Below, piece after piece: positions 1 through 15,790 of a stretch of DNA of 64,000 nt. A program made the position numbers and the translations under genes. This DNA comes from Octopus sinensis (lineage: Eukaryota): contig NC_043005.1 in assembly GCF_006345805.1 (NCBI RefSeq), forward strand, positions 22,506,001 through 22,570,000, in the 5' to 3' direction. Positions within the stretch are counted from its first letter, which is position 1, and each line of letters starts with the position of its first letter. The notes under the pieces were generated by a model. The model did no database searches. It saw only the letters and a program-made list of their open reading frames with translations, and had not been told where the DNA came from.

Positions 1-91
1 TTGTACGCTTTACCGTTTCTGTGGTTCCACTCCACTCACATATAACAATAAGTTTGGTGTTACAGACGCTAATTAACTATGAAGTTCTCAC

Positions 92-247
92 CTGGTTTTT
101 CACTTCTGTGACGTAGCCTTTACCTCTCCAGTCGACAGTATCAGGTAAATCTTCGGATTCTGCATCAGAGTATACCATGTTTGGAGTGTAGACGCTAGCA
201 TTTCTTGGTTTCAGTCCATTCATCATTTGCACGAACTCACTGTTGGT
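92..247 (-). CDS. CTSL: Cathepsin L, coding exon 3 (end of propeptide, start of mature C1A peptidase)
   Basis: [52 protein letters not shown], containing the papain-family LPxxVDWRxKGYVTxVKNQ motif. Acceptor gccAG, donor GTGAG. The catalytic-Cys exon lies outside the window. Confidence 0.93.
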
Positions 248-323
248 CTGGCAACAGAAAACATCATCGATACATGGATAGTAGGTACTGACGTACAAAT
301 GCAACGGTGGATATAATGTGTAG

Positions 324-403
<80 letters not shown>

Positions 404-427
404 TTATATATATATATATAAATACAC

Positions 428-477
<50 letters not shown>

Positions 478-1339
478 AGGGTCACCGGTGATCGATAGCC
501 AAAAGGATACAACCCCCCTTTGTTGACATGGGTGATCGATAGCCAAGGGGTGACAATCCTTTTTGTTGACATTGAGTAATGGGGTCCTTTCCTCCTCCAT
601 ATTCTAGAGAGGCCACTCGCTAGAGAGGCCTTTAGCCAACAGGTTTGGGATCTGATGATATCCCTTTATGGACGTGTAACCTAAAGTAATCCCATAAACC
701 GACCTTATCTAACTTTAATATATATAGCCGTGTGTGACTGTGTGTATACATATAAACACAATAATATAAATGTGTGTGCATCTATGTATCAATGGTACAA
801 GATTTTATTACTTGAAAGACGGCAGACAATATAAAGATTTTTATACAAAGTTACCAACTGGCATGTGTACCGACGTGCCAAATTTATTTCACTTAATACT
901 GTTCAGTTGGTGATAGAATAAACAAAAAGCTACTTATTAAAGTTTGTATTGCAACAGTTATGCTCTATAGTAGTGATGCCTTGTTTCTGACAGAAACATT
1001 AGCAGAAGTAATGCACGCTCGACATTGCTTTACTTTATGATTTACTCTTGGAAGCTTATTTCCCAGAAAAAACCCTAATGAACGGTTAATTAAACTCTTT
1101 CTTACCTGATAGTATTTTGTGTTCAGTAATATTAATTCTGATTTGACATGATCATGTTTTGGGAAGATCAACTATACTATTGACCACTTATTTTAATTAC
1201 AAAAATAGGGCTACGGTGCCTTATCTTGTTGGTGTGCAAAAAAGCATATGTTTCACAAATAAATGAAGATCTAACCAATGCAGTATTAGATTTAGTGACA
1301 CTGTTATCTGGTCACAGATTGGGAACAAATAACATCTAA

Positions 1340-3780
<2,441 letters not shown>

Positions 3781-3899
3781 GCGGAATTTCAACTCTAATC
3801 AAGAAATGACGCGACTAAATACCACTTGTATTTTGTCCAGTGCTCTACCGATTTTGCGACGGAAATATAAATGACCGAAAGGAAAAGAAGAAAACATAC

Positions 3900-4005
3900 C
3901 ATATCAGCATATTCATTAATTCCCAGCCAATAAGTGTGGATGCCCATATCAGCTTTCAGGTTGTGTTGTTTCACATGTTGAAGATTTCTCTCCCAAATGA
4001 CACGT
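3900..4005 (-). CDS. CTSL: Cathepsin L, coding exon 2 (propeptide ERFNIN/GNFD region)
   Basis: (R)RVIWERNLQHVKQHNLKADMGIHTYWLGINEYADM. Acceptor ttttcAG, donor GTATGT. Phase matches the flanking exons (2 in, 0 out). Confidence 0.93.
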
Positions 4006-4751
4006 CTGAAAACAACAACCGATAAGTATAGTTTTTTTGAAAAAAAAAGAAACAACACTAATAGGCGCTAAAGTCAAATTATTAGAAATATCAGCCAAAT
4101 CGTCAAATATTTTTTTTACTTCAATCTTACAAAAGAATTCATTGACTAATGTAGTCGTAGATACACTGTGTCTAAACATAGATGAAATTGTCTCAGCGGA
4201 ACGAATGCGATTACCGGAATTTTCCAATCATAGGTTCACCTGCAGTAACCCATTCATTGTGATTTACCCTTTGAACTCAAATGCTGAAAGCGACTATTAT
4301 TTAAGAATGTATATATTATATATGCAGTTAGTGGTTAATTGCAGATCAAAAATGGTCCAGCTATCGCAGATCAATAGATTATCGATTGCACACAGATAAA
4401 TAGTTCACTGCACACCAATGAATAGTTCATCGCAAAAGAATCTGTAATTCTCTGTAGACAATTCAATAGTTCCTTGCAGATTCGTGAATGATTAATTGTA
4501 GGTCAATAAAGGATTCACTAAAACTTAAGAATGTTTCCTTGCATGCCCTTAAATGACGCATTGATCTGTCCATGAGAGAGAAATTTAATCTTCAGTAGTC
4601 CGGTGAATAACACTAACACCAATTCAGTGTTTTAACGTATGGAATCGGTTCACTCTTATTAATACAATAACTTGAATGTAATTACTAAAGGAACATGCCT
4701 CACTCACTTAGGCAAAAAAAAAAAAAAAATCAGAATTATGCCATGACTTAC

Positions 4752-4894
4752 CGAATAACTTCAGAATGTACATCTTCGTAAGATTTTCCATATAAGCTCT
4801 TGTATTGTTTCCATGTTTCATCAAGACTGTTGTCAAGGAATGGTGCAGCAACCGCGAAAGCGGCGCATGCGAGGAAAATAATAGCGGTCTTCAT
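4752..4894 (-). CDS. CTSL: Cathepsin L, coding exon 1 (signal peptide and start of I29 propeptide)
   Basis: Translates MKTAIIFLACAAFAVAAPFLDNSLDETWKQYKSLYGKSYEDVHSEVI(R). The ATG sits directly after a tttccAG acceptor. Ends in phase 2 at CG|GTAAGT. Confidence 0.9.
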
Positions 4895-4929
4895 CTGGAA
4901 ATGCAAAAAACCGTTCGTATGACATATTT

Positions 4930-5160
4930 ACTAAACCAGCAACATCAAAAACAATAATTACAACAACGATGACGACGACAACAGCGCCGACAACAACTAC
5001 AATAACAAGGCCGATGACAAGGACGATCAAGACAATAACAACAATCATAACAAAGACAACAGGAACAGCGGTAGCGACGGCGGTGACGACGACGACATCA
5101 ACAACGATAACGACAGCAACAACGTCAACAGACACACCACCCACAAGAACAGCTACAGCA
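4930..5160. repeat. Degenerate (ACA/ACG)n trinucleotide repeat
   Basis: Runs of acaacaacg and gacgacgac. Source of the poly-Thr and poly-Val ORFs in the track. Confidence 0.8.
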
Positions 5161-8100
5161 TACCGTCCACCATACACTTTTAACGGCGGTGAAGATTTGC
5201 TATATCAGGTATACCGGTATATCTATAGTTTCACGGATTCTGTAGAGCACGTCTACTTCAACTGACTATTCAGATAACATATTGCTGCTCGGTTATAAAA
5301 TGATAATTTACAACGATGATTTTTTTAGAAGAAGAGTATACACCTAAGCCATAACTTAATTTATCAACTCCATCCTCTAGATAAGTGAAAACCAAAGTTG
5401 ACTCCGGTAGGGTTTTATTCCAGAATATAAACGTATTTGAACTAAACCCCGCAAGACATTTTGTCCGGTGTTTTTCCGTTTGAGTCACTCTGTCAAATAG
5501 GTTCTAATTCTCTCAAATCAAAACTGACCAACTAATAGAAGCGTAGTTGCGAGAATTTATGATAATGGGAATTAACCAAACACAAGTATTTGATATCATA
5601 TATTGAGACACGTGATATAACGTTAGGATTGATGAAAAAGAGATTGAAGACTAAAATATATTGGGCTGAATCAGTGAACTGAGAAACATTCTGGGAAATA
5701 TAAGTATAAATTATTCATGTTCTTACAGTAAGCGGTAATAACAAAGGAGGTAGCTGTCTGAGAGATACTGGAATTGAGACGTGGATAATAGGTACAGAAG
5801 GCTGTCATTTTATACTTTTATAACTGTCCTCAACAAAATCCTAGAGAGTTGAGATTTGTTGTCTCCAAATCTCAAAGCATGCAAGTTCCAGAAAATAACG
5901 AATATCAATATCAGAATCTGTAAATATTATTAGGATATTTTCACATATCATTTCTTAGCCTTGAAGATTTGTGTTAACATTCGACATTTTTATGCATGTA
6001 CTTAATTCTTGTTTTCAGAAAGCTAAACTTTCAAATTATGAATAATAAAGATTCCCCATGCTACAGGTAAACTTCTTTTAACATTGGCTATCGTCGACAT
6101 TTCTTAATTTCCAAATCTTAGGACAGCATGCCTGCATCTTTCACATTTAATGCCAGACACAGTTTGAGACGGTTATAGAAAGTTGTTAGGGCATGCGGAG
6201 TTAACCAAAGATAATCAACGCAAGCAGCAGCAATAGTAACAGTTACTACAACAATAACAACAACGATGACTGAGACATCAAACACAAAAAGAAAACTGTA
6301 AGCAAATAAGTCCAATAGCTATAGTATATATAAAAACAATACTAATAACACGAACAATTACAATGAAAACATGAACAAAGTCAGAATAATTTCAAAAACA
6401 TAAGAGCAGGTGAAAAAGTAACAATCAGAGTGAGCGAGAGAGAGAGGGGGTGAGAAAATTAGAGAGTGAGTGAGAGAGAAAGGGAGAGAGAGTGGAGAAA
6501 AGAAGGAGATATAGAGAAAGGAGAAATAGATTGAAAGGTGATCTGCAATAGCAACAGTGAATCCAAAATTGTTACCTTCAAATACCAAATGGAAATAATA
6601 ATCTGTCGATGTTTTTACAGTAATTTATAGCTATAATCTACTCAATGTATTTGAGCTGTTGTTTTAAAGTATCACGTGAGAGATAGCACATGTACGAGAG
6701 AATGAGTGAGGTTGAATGAGAGGGAGGGAGTAAGAAACACATGCTCATGTGAAAAATTGTTGATTACAGAGGATTCACAGGTGATAATACTTAATTGTTG
6801 GTGAATGTTATCGTACGGTTTACAGATAAAAATAAACTTGATAACAGGATCAAGCGTATTAAGATAAACGAATTGTGTAATAAGTTGACGTGTCGTTGAG
6901 TAAACAGAAATTCAATCCCGTAACTATGCTACAAGAAAAAAACAAAGTTCTTTATGAAAGAAAAGGAAACTAAAGAAAGCTTCTGCAATATAGAAAGTTT
7001 TACAATAAACCGTTATATTTCGGGCGCAAAGGCCTATCTTCAGAAGGAATATGTAATTACATCGTTTAGAAATTATATATTGCGCTCGAAATATAAGGTT
7101 TTCCTTTTGTAAAACTTTCTGCATTTTTAGAAGCGTTCTTTATTTCCCTTTTCTTTCATTTTCTACTTCTATACTTCAATGATTAAAGCGAACTAGAATG
7201 CTAAAATTCTTTATAATGGAATACACGAATATCGTTTTAAAACCACATTGGTCTCTTCTGTCATTGACCAATACTTCCTAGTGAATGACAGAAGAGCAGG
7301 TTCTCAGCAAATCTGGCTTTGCAGAAGCCTTTTATGTACAAATTGAGGAGGAAGAGAGACTTCAGATGTAGGAGAAGATTATTAAAGAATGCTTCAATCA
7401 CATTTATGATGTTGGAAATCAGAGAGATATGATGATAGTTGGCAGGGTTATAGAGGTTACCTGTAGATGAAGTTTGGCTGAATGGTTAAATTAGCATTGC
7501 AAATACGAGTGTTCATCTGCGTGGCATCTTGAGAAAATGTCTTTTGCCATAGGTTCGAGTTAACTACTCCATGCTTCATAAGTGAAACTGAATAAATAGA
7601 AATTGTGCAGAAAACCGCCGGATGGATTGTGCCAATAATTCAAATGTACAGCCTTCTTACACACCGTATTACGCTAACTGTGCCTGTAAATTATATTAAG
7701 GCTACTCGTGTCTGTGTAATACTCTATCACTCGAAGTCTAATTCAATGAGCAAATAAAACTACCGAACCGCCATCATGAAACCGACGGAGATCCATTACA
7801 TTAAGAGGTTCTACTTATTTAAGAGGAGACACATTGTAGCAGGTTTCCAAATATTAGAGTATAGTGAAAAACATTACAAAATTTAGCAAGGATAAAGGCT
7901 CTCCTTTGGACGCAACGTTAGAGCATAATAGAAGAGAAATTATTCCTGCAGGACATGGAAGCCAAGTCACCTGCACTTCTACGTAGCTATATGACTGAAA
8001 TCACATTCTACACATTCTATGCTATGGGTATGTTATGATCACTTTATGAGTGTTGGAAAAGGATGGCATCAAAATAACCACATGAAACAACTCTTTCGAG

Positions 8101-10493
8101 TTCAGAAAAGAATTTACGTTGATTCGGTTGTTAATCTGCCACCCGGACTTAACGGTATCGCCCTTGATTTATGAGCCAAGTATGAATCTATGAATCTTGA
8201 GTACAAGATAATTCGAAATAATACCAGAAAACCAACGCCATCCTCTCTCTCTATCTTTATGTCGCTTCTGTATTTAAGCCAGTTTTGCGTATTAGAATTT
8301 AAGTCAAGTCCTTGTTCCTAAATAGTCTTCGGAGGCAGATTATTTCCTTCCTTTTCCTCAAGAATAATTTTTCTTGCCTTAAAAACAAAAAGCGCGAATT
8401 TTTGCAACAGAGGGGTGGATTCCACTAATAGATGTTATGAAACAAGGTAGTGGTAATAAACCGAGAGACGAATTAAATCTTCTGCCTAAGTAAGTCTTGG
8501 TGACATTTGAACTCAGAACTCTAAGAGCAAGAACAAATGTAAGGAATCCCGTCCAATGTTCTAACGACATCGCCAGTTTACTACCCTAAACAGACTCTTT
8601 ATCTATCAATTCCGGAAAGCTGAAAAATGAAATTGACTTCGGCGAGTTCGAACTCAGAACGAAGAGAGTCTGAATAAATACTGCAAGGCATTTCATCCTA
8701 CGCTCTAACGACTTTTCTAATTTGCCAAATAAATACACTTTACGAAACTTTTTGCGAGTATTTGAGTGTCTAAGTACGCTGAATAAAGCACACACACACA
8801 CACATAAGCAGACACATACAAGCATACATACGCGCACACACATATACACACACACGTACATACATACATACATACATACATACATACATACATACATACA
8901 TACATACATACATACATACATACATACATACATACATAAGGTGGATTTTAACAACGATTGCGACATGTGTCCAAGTTGTTCAATTAACCGGATAACTTAT
9001 CGAATTAGTGCGCAAAGTGATAGAATCCTCGTGAACAGTGTAATAAAGACGGACTTTTGAATTACAAAAAAAGTGCATTCTATTGGCTTCGACACAATCA
9101 GCCAATTACTCTCTGTTGTAGCTAGCTCACTGGTAAACATATATATTGAATGCGTTTACAATGTTTGCATTTAAGAAAAAAATAATATTGTATTATATAA
9201 TATATAATTGATTACACAATCCCGAGTTCACGATTTCTTTTGGGGTTTGTGATCTCCTCTTGGTATGTGATCTCTTCTAGTTCTATACAGATCACAAAAG
9301 AAATATTTAGAACATGACCTAATCTTATGACAAGAATTAATCCTTTTGAGAATCTCAATGTCTGCAGTAGCCGATACTTATCTACACTTTCCGTATTGTT
9401 AAGCAGGAGAAAGACAAACGTGCCCTTGGTTTGGCCATTGGTTTGAAGTCGGCACTTCGGGCTAGCAAACTGATCATCAGTTCCACAGCGCTGCCGCTGC
9501 AATGAAGTGGCATCATACTAAGAGGATGGTTTATGTTACTCATCTGTTTACCATCATTAGAACGTTACTAACAGCCATTAACTATCCTGCAGTTGATTTT
9601 TTGCAAGATTAGATTCTTGGTCATAGGCACAGAATTATGAATTATATCACATTGTCGTACTACTTTACAGCTAGGTGGACAGAGGTATAGAGTCTCAAGT
9701 ATATGTCGATGGATATAACAGGGGATAAGAAAGGATAAGATATGCACTACCGATCTTCTAGCATATTGTTCTATATCAGTGTCAAACTCGTTTGGCTTTG
9801 AGAGCCAGATTGCAGCTTAGATTTCACGGGTCGGATAGAGACAGTTATTCCGGAAAATCCCATTCAAAGTAACCGGACACACTGTACATATGACAACTTT
9901 ATTAACAATAAATCAAGGGAAGAATATGAGATGTTAGAAAAGTTTGTATGCAGAGATGTATAGGAAAACTCATCCACAAGCTGAGAAGTGAGATAAAAAT
10001 TGTTCAAATGAATGCATACAGTTCTTGAGACGACCAATGCTTGAGAGAAAGAATAGCATTTAACTATTTTAACACTAAACGTCGTAAAGTTTGATGTTAA
10101 GTTCCGTTAACTTTGGAGTAGCTCATTCTAGTTTACTTCAAACTAAATGTTTAAGTAAAATGCATAAATCAATTTGCATATACAGAGCGGCCTAAAGACT
10201 GCGTTATCGTTTAATATATATGTACATATTAAGAAGAATATTGAAATTCAGACACAATTTCGATTGATAAATTACATGTGCTATCTTGCGTTTCATTGCT
10301 TTATAGTATTATGATAGTATAGGAACTTTGTGTCAAGAACACATAATATATATGTGCATGTCTGTGTTTGTGTGAGTCCATGGTGTATGTATATTGGTGC
10401 AGGCGTGGCTGTATTTTCAGAAGTGTGCTCTACAATGACTCCGGGCCGACCAAAGCCTTGTGAGTTGATTTAGTAGACAGAAACTAAAAGAAG

Positions 10494-10572
<79 letters not shown>

Positions 10573-10676
10573 CATAAAAGAAGTAAGGACCAAAATCCTT
10601 CAAAGGGATATTAAACATCCAAGTCCACCTATATTGTTTTCCTTTCCTTATACTTTATAAATATGCACATACATAC

Positions 10677-10736
<60 letters not shown>

Positions 10737-10906
10737 AGTATATATATGTATGTATATATATATATATATATATGCAGAGAGAGAGGGAGAGAGAGAGACA
10801 GACAGACAGGCAAACAAAGACTTGTAGTGAAATGGTATACCCCTTCCCACATGACAAAGTGTTATGAGAGCCGCTATAAAGTCAAAAGGGTCAGTCAGTA
10901 GTAGCC

Positions 10907-10946
<40 letters not shown>

Positions 10947-11135
10947 GGATGAATGAATTATCCTTTGTTTACCGTTAACATGGAAAATTCAATAAACAGG
11001 GTTACCAGGGTAGCAAAATTCACGCAAGTAACACGGATGAAGCGACCTATTCAAAGGTAGAAACTCCGGGTTAATGTGCAATAATTTGTGTAGTGTAAGT
11101 AAATAAATAGAGTTGAACGCAGATGTTATTAAAAT

Positions 11136-11230
11136 TCTTTTATTTTCGACATATGTTTCGAAGACAACATTGGTTTTATTCCAAAGGAATAAACGGTGTA
11201 AAATGCAATCCTCTCATCAGGAGAGAAAGA
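11136..11230 (-). ncRNA. Type I hammerhead ribozyme motif (second copy, weaker stem I)
   Basis: On the minus strand: CTGATGA (11220-11214), stem II GAGGA/TCTTC, GAAA, palindromic stem III ACATATGT, GTC. Stem I has two C-A mismatches. Confidence 0.6.
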
Positions 11231-11523
11231 GAGCCTATCTCAACATGACATTATAACATTTGCCAGTCTTTATAGTTTGAACAGTTAGTTTAACTTGCAC
11301 TTTACTTCAATAGAGAAATCTACTTCTAAGCCTTTGAACATTTTTTCAACCAACGTATCCCTCTTTATTTGTTCTCTACTTATTATTTCTTTAACCCTCT
11401 CTTTCTAGTATCTGCTTTTGAGGTAGAATCTACAAACGGTTTTTAAAAATACTTAATAACGTTCTTTTTATCATTTAGGCAGTCATCGTAATTGTTATAA
11501 TGTCTTGTTGTTGAGATAGGCTC

Positions 11524-11619
11524 TCTTTCTTTCCTGATGAGAAGATTGCATTTTACACTGTTTATTCCTTTGGAATAAAACCAATGTTGTTTTCGAAACA
11601 TTATGTCGAAAGTAAAAGA
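11524..11619 (+). ncRNA. Type I hammerhead ribozyme motif
   Basis: CTGATGA at 11534-11540, GAAA at 11595-11598, GTC cleavage triplet at 11605-11607. Stem I CTTTC/GAAAG, extendable by TCTTT/AAAGA past a 2-nt bulge. Stem II GAAGA/TTTTC capped by a TTTATTCC/GGAATAAA hairpin. Short stem III ACA-TTA-TGT. Confidence 0.75.
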
Positions 11620-11725
11620 ATTTTAATAACATCTGCGTTCAACTCTATTTATTTACTTACACTACACAAATTATTGCACATTAACCCGGAGTTTCTACCT
11701 TTTAATAACATCTGCGTCCAACTCC

Positions 11726-11790
<65 letters not shown>

Positions 11791-11891
11791 ACTTTTATAA
11801 CTTTTACCAAAATCCTTCAAAGGGATGTTGAACATCCAAGTCCGCCTATATTTTTTCCTTTACCTATACTTTATATATATGCGTATACTAT

Positions 11892-11925
<34 letters not shown>

Positions 11926-12371
11926 GTACATACATACACACACACACATATATATATATAAATCCCTTTCTGCGCGCGCACGTGTGTATATGTGTAAAAG
12001 ATTATAACGGCCGTACTTTTCAACTGACTTTCTCCATATTGGGAACCTACATTACTTATGTTCCAGAGATGGTTTTAACACTTAAAACTTTTCACATAAT
12101 GAGTAACGGGCTCCCTGGGGACAGAAAGTACCTGTTTCTGGGTTACGTGGAGAAGGGAGGTAAATCTTTGCGAAGTAACTTTCAGAAATTGATTGTCTCC
12201 TTTACATCCATTGGTCAAAGACTTATCACAATATCATCTAATATATAAAATAGAGACGTGTGTATATTCGCATTTCACGCGTATCTCTATCTCTTTATAT
12301 CTCTCCATCCATATCTCTCTATCGATCTCTATCTCTATATCTTTCTCTCTGTGTCTATTTTTCTACATCCC

Positions 12372-12480
<109 letters not shown>

Positions 12481-12489
12481 AATAGATAG

Positions 12490-12510
<21 letters not shown>

Positions 12511-12544
<34 letters not shown>

Positions 12545-14043
12545 ACTCACTCTCTATTGTTTTCACTTAAATTTTTTAGACGCTCTTGTTTTCATTTTAA
12601 GTTCAATTGCTATTGTCTTCACTGTCAGATTTCAATCGCTATTTACAAACAACAATGACAAATTACTGACAGAAAGAAGTTCACAAATACTGATAAAAGT
12701 AATTTCATACATAATTTATTGATAGAAGTAACTTCATAAATTTCACTTCAATCCGTACACTTCGTTAAGTTAGCCTACAATTTTTTATTTATTTTTGCCA
12801 CATTTTGTGTTTTTTTGTTGTTGCCGGAATTACTGATAACAGAAAGATCATAATTTACTGACAGAAGTAACTTTAAAAATTCCACTTAAATCCGTACATT
12901 TAGTTAATTTCCCTAAAAATTTCTTTTTTACTTTTTCAACGGTTTTATGTTTTTCTGTTGTTAACGGCTTTTTTCTGGTTCTTTCTATTCTGGCTCTTTG
13001 GTTCATTGAGTGAAAAATTTCGATTCAACATTTACATTTCTTTATTTCTCATAAAAATTTCTTATTTACTTTCTGTCCGTCGTATCAAGAAATATAATTT
13101 CCGTTACCCAGTTATTTTCACTGTTTACTATCTTCTGCACCTGTGAATTTCTGCATCGCTATAGAACCATACCTAGAAGAAAAGTGTCAAATTTTACTAC
13201 AATGTCAAGGTCAGCCAAAAGAATGTTTCTGCCCAGGGAAAGAGAGACAGCTGTAGAAAGGGAAGCATACCAAAAAACGAACAGACTGTGCACTACACAA
13301 GCCAGAGCATCTCAAAGTGATGAACAGAGGTATGCACGGCTGACAAGGAATAGGCTCTTCACTGCAGAACGAAGACTGTTGCAACAGCTCAGAGTAGCAA
13401 ATTCTATGAAGCAGCTTTCGATTATGATCCAGCAGCGCATTATGAAGATGACACTAGAGCTTCCATTGGTACAATGACAACTGAGTGCATACATTGTAAA
13501 GCAAGAAAGTGGTCGGGAGAGACACGTGCACTGTACTGCATTGGTGGAAAGGTTAAACTACTTGCAATCTCCAAACTCCAGAGCCATTGAAGAAACTGTT
13601 GTCATCAACTGACCAAGATTCCAAGCACTTCCAAAACAAAATTACACAATACAACGCTGCATTACAGATGACATCATTTGGAGTCACAAGAGCTATAACT
13701 GATCCAAGATTCATGCAAACTTTCAAGATCCAAGGTCAAATTTATCATTGGATTGGCTCTCTACCACCTTTGTCAAATAAATCACCAAATTCAGCCTTTC
13801 ATTGTTTATGATCTGTACCTGTTTCTTGGTTACAAAATAAGCTACACAAAAGTGTTTTTGAATTACGTATATTTATCTTATATATATTCCACTTGATGTC
13901 TATGTTCTATGCTGGTATGGGTTAGAGAGTTATTAATGTAGAAAGTTAGTATCTCAGTTACTAACAGTTGAGACCTGCGTAATCTGGACGGAGTTTTAAA
14001 TTTTTATTATTCTCTTTAAACCGGGCAACGCCGGGTATATGTG

Positions 14044-14046
<3 letters not shown>
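12511..14046 (+). mobile_element. Internally deleted Helitron remnant with N-terminal Rep-associated region
   Basis: CIHCKARKW...CIGGKVKL, then YNAALQMTSFG and QTFKIQGQIYHWIGSL, typical of Helitron Rep/Hel N-termini. GC-rich CCGGGCAACGCCGGG subterminal motif at 14021-14035 followed by (TA)n. The 5' boundary is approximate. Confidence 0.75.
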
Positions 14047-14102
<56 letters not shown>

Positions 14103-14179
14103 TGTATATATATATATATGTATATATATATATGTGTATGTATGTATATATATATATACATATATATATATATACATGC

Positions 14180-14229
<50 letters not shown>

Positions 14230-14639
14230 GGAGAGTTGTAGTGAAATGGTACACCTCTTCCCACGTGACAAAGTGTTATGAGAGCCACTATGAAGTGAGA
14301 GAGGTCAGTCAGTAGTAGTAGATTCGTTGTACGAGTTTCTCAGTTAGAGTCAGTGATATATACGAGGTCGAGTTATCGTCAAGGTAGACGTTTCAAAGTC
14401 ATTATCCTGCGGAGCTATCAGCGAGTCAGAGATAATAAGACGCGGAATATCGCCACAACATGATAGTGGTGACAAGAATATTACAGTGCCGACGACAACA
14501 TAGAAGTGGACGAGGACCCACATTATAACAGTGAGAGAGAGAGAGAGAGAGAGAAGGAGAGAGGGAGAAAGAGAGAGAGAGGGGAGAGAAAGAGAGATAG
14601 AGTTACTCAAGACACATAGATTTTCCAGAAAGTAAGGAA

Positions 14640-15790
14640 AAAGTGGGTACTACTTATTTACTAGTTGATATTAGTCATCCAAAATGCGAGTTGCTAGAGT
14701 AACTCTTCTTTCTGTTCTTCATTGCAAGCAAATAGCTTCCAAGCAGAAGCAACTTGTCTTCAATGAGTTCTTGGTGAAATAGGGGTAAAGGCTGTCCATC
14801 ACCCACAGAAGGCTACATGCTGTTTACGGAGATGGCACCTCAAATGAGAGCAATGTCACAGATGGATGAAGATGTTTAAAGAAGAAACCAATATTAAAGA
14901 CTATACGGTGGGAGACAATCAACTGCGACCACTCACACTATCGCCATCGAATAGACGAATTGATTCGTGCTGACACATGAGTCGCAGTCCGTGAGTCTGC
15001 TATGCAACTGGACTATGTGGTTACAATTCGTTACACAAAGTGGTGGAAGAATTTGGGTATCAGTAAGTGTGTGAAGTGTAGATACCTTGCTTGTTGGCAC
15101 CCGATATGAAGGAGAGGAGTGTGGTGCAAGTCTGTTCTGATTTGTTGAAAGCGTTGGAAGACAATAAAGACACGTTTTCTTTTTACCGATCTGGTGGTAG
15201 GATATGAAATGTGGGTGTATCCTCATGTTTCGGAAATGAAAACGAAAGTTTAATCCATGGAATTGGATCATACCTTTCTCCAAGGCTTAATAAATTCAAA
15301 AGCCAGCGATCGGTACCGAATATCATAATGACTGTATTTTCGGATGACAAGGGCATCATTCCCCTTGATTTTCTGGAACGTGTTTGTCCCGTGAACCGCA
15401 AGCGGTACATTGAGAAATCCAGAGGACTTATGGTAGCCGTTAGAAGGAAGAGACCGAGTAAGAATGCAAAAATTATTCATGTTTACCACACACACTTTTG
15501 ACAACAAATCAGGCAATCAGCAAATTGGGCCTGTTGCCGTTCTATTCGGATTTGGCACTCACCAACGTCCAATTGTTCAATCCAATAAAGAATAGTCGTC
15601 AGGGATAATGTCTTGATGATATAGATGGGTAAATGTGATTTTGCTGAAGTAGGCACAACAGTGCACACCTGAATTTTTGAATTTTTTCAAAGGGTATTCA
15701 AGAGTTGGGTCCAACGATAGTACAAATGCATCGCTTGAGATGAGGACTGTGTTGAGTAGTATCTTTATATAGAGGAAGAGTTACTCAAGC
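14640..15790 (+). mobile_element. Degenerate mariner (Tc1/mariner) transposon
   Basis: Broken frames read KQLVFNEFLVK, LHAVYGD, VVGYEMWVY (GDETW-like), MTVFSDDKGIIPLDFL and RRKRP, plus a C-terminal GIQ.L..R..KCI-like segment. Confidence 0.75.

Larger units (their letters stand above)
11053..11702. mobile_element. Foldback element with ~190-bp inverted arms, probably Penelope-like pLTR or retrozyme-derived
   Basis: 11053-11245 is the near reverse complement of 11509-11702, with a ~260-bp spacer. Each arm holds a hammerhead core. (TA)n tracts lie nearby on both sides. Confidence 0.7.

Noticed and set aside
223-600. ORF beginning MEEERTPLL, reminiscent of the SLC18B1 C-terminus
   Set aside because: An in-frame TAG lies just upstream and the ORF runs into (TA)n. 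It sits inside a cathepsin intron, so it is most likely chance.
4833-5265. Poly-Val (membrane-like) and poly-Thr (mucin-like) ORFs
   Set aside because: Both strands of one trinucleotide repeat. The real coding frame at 4894-4752 is a different frame (cathepsin L signal peptide).
9212-9560. 96-aa minus-strand ORF and nearby GC-richer patch
   Set aside because: No recognisable domain or consistent splice structure in any frame.
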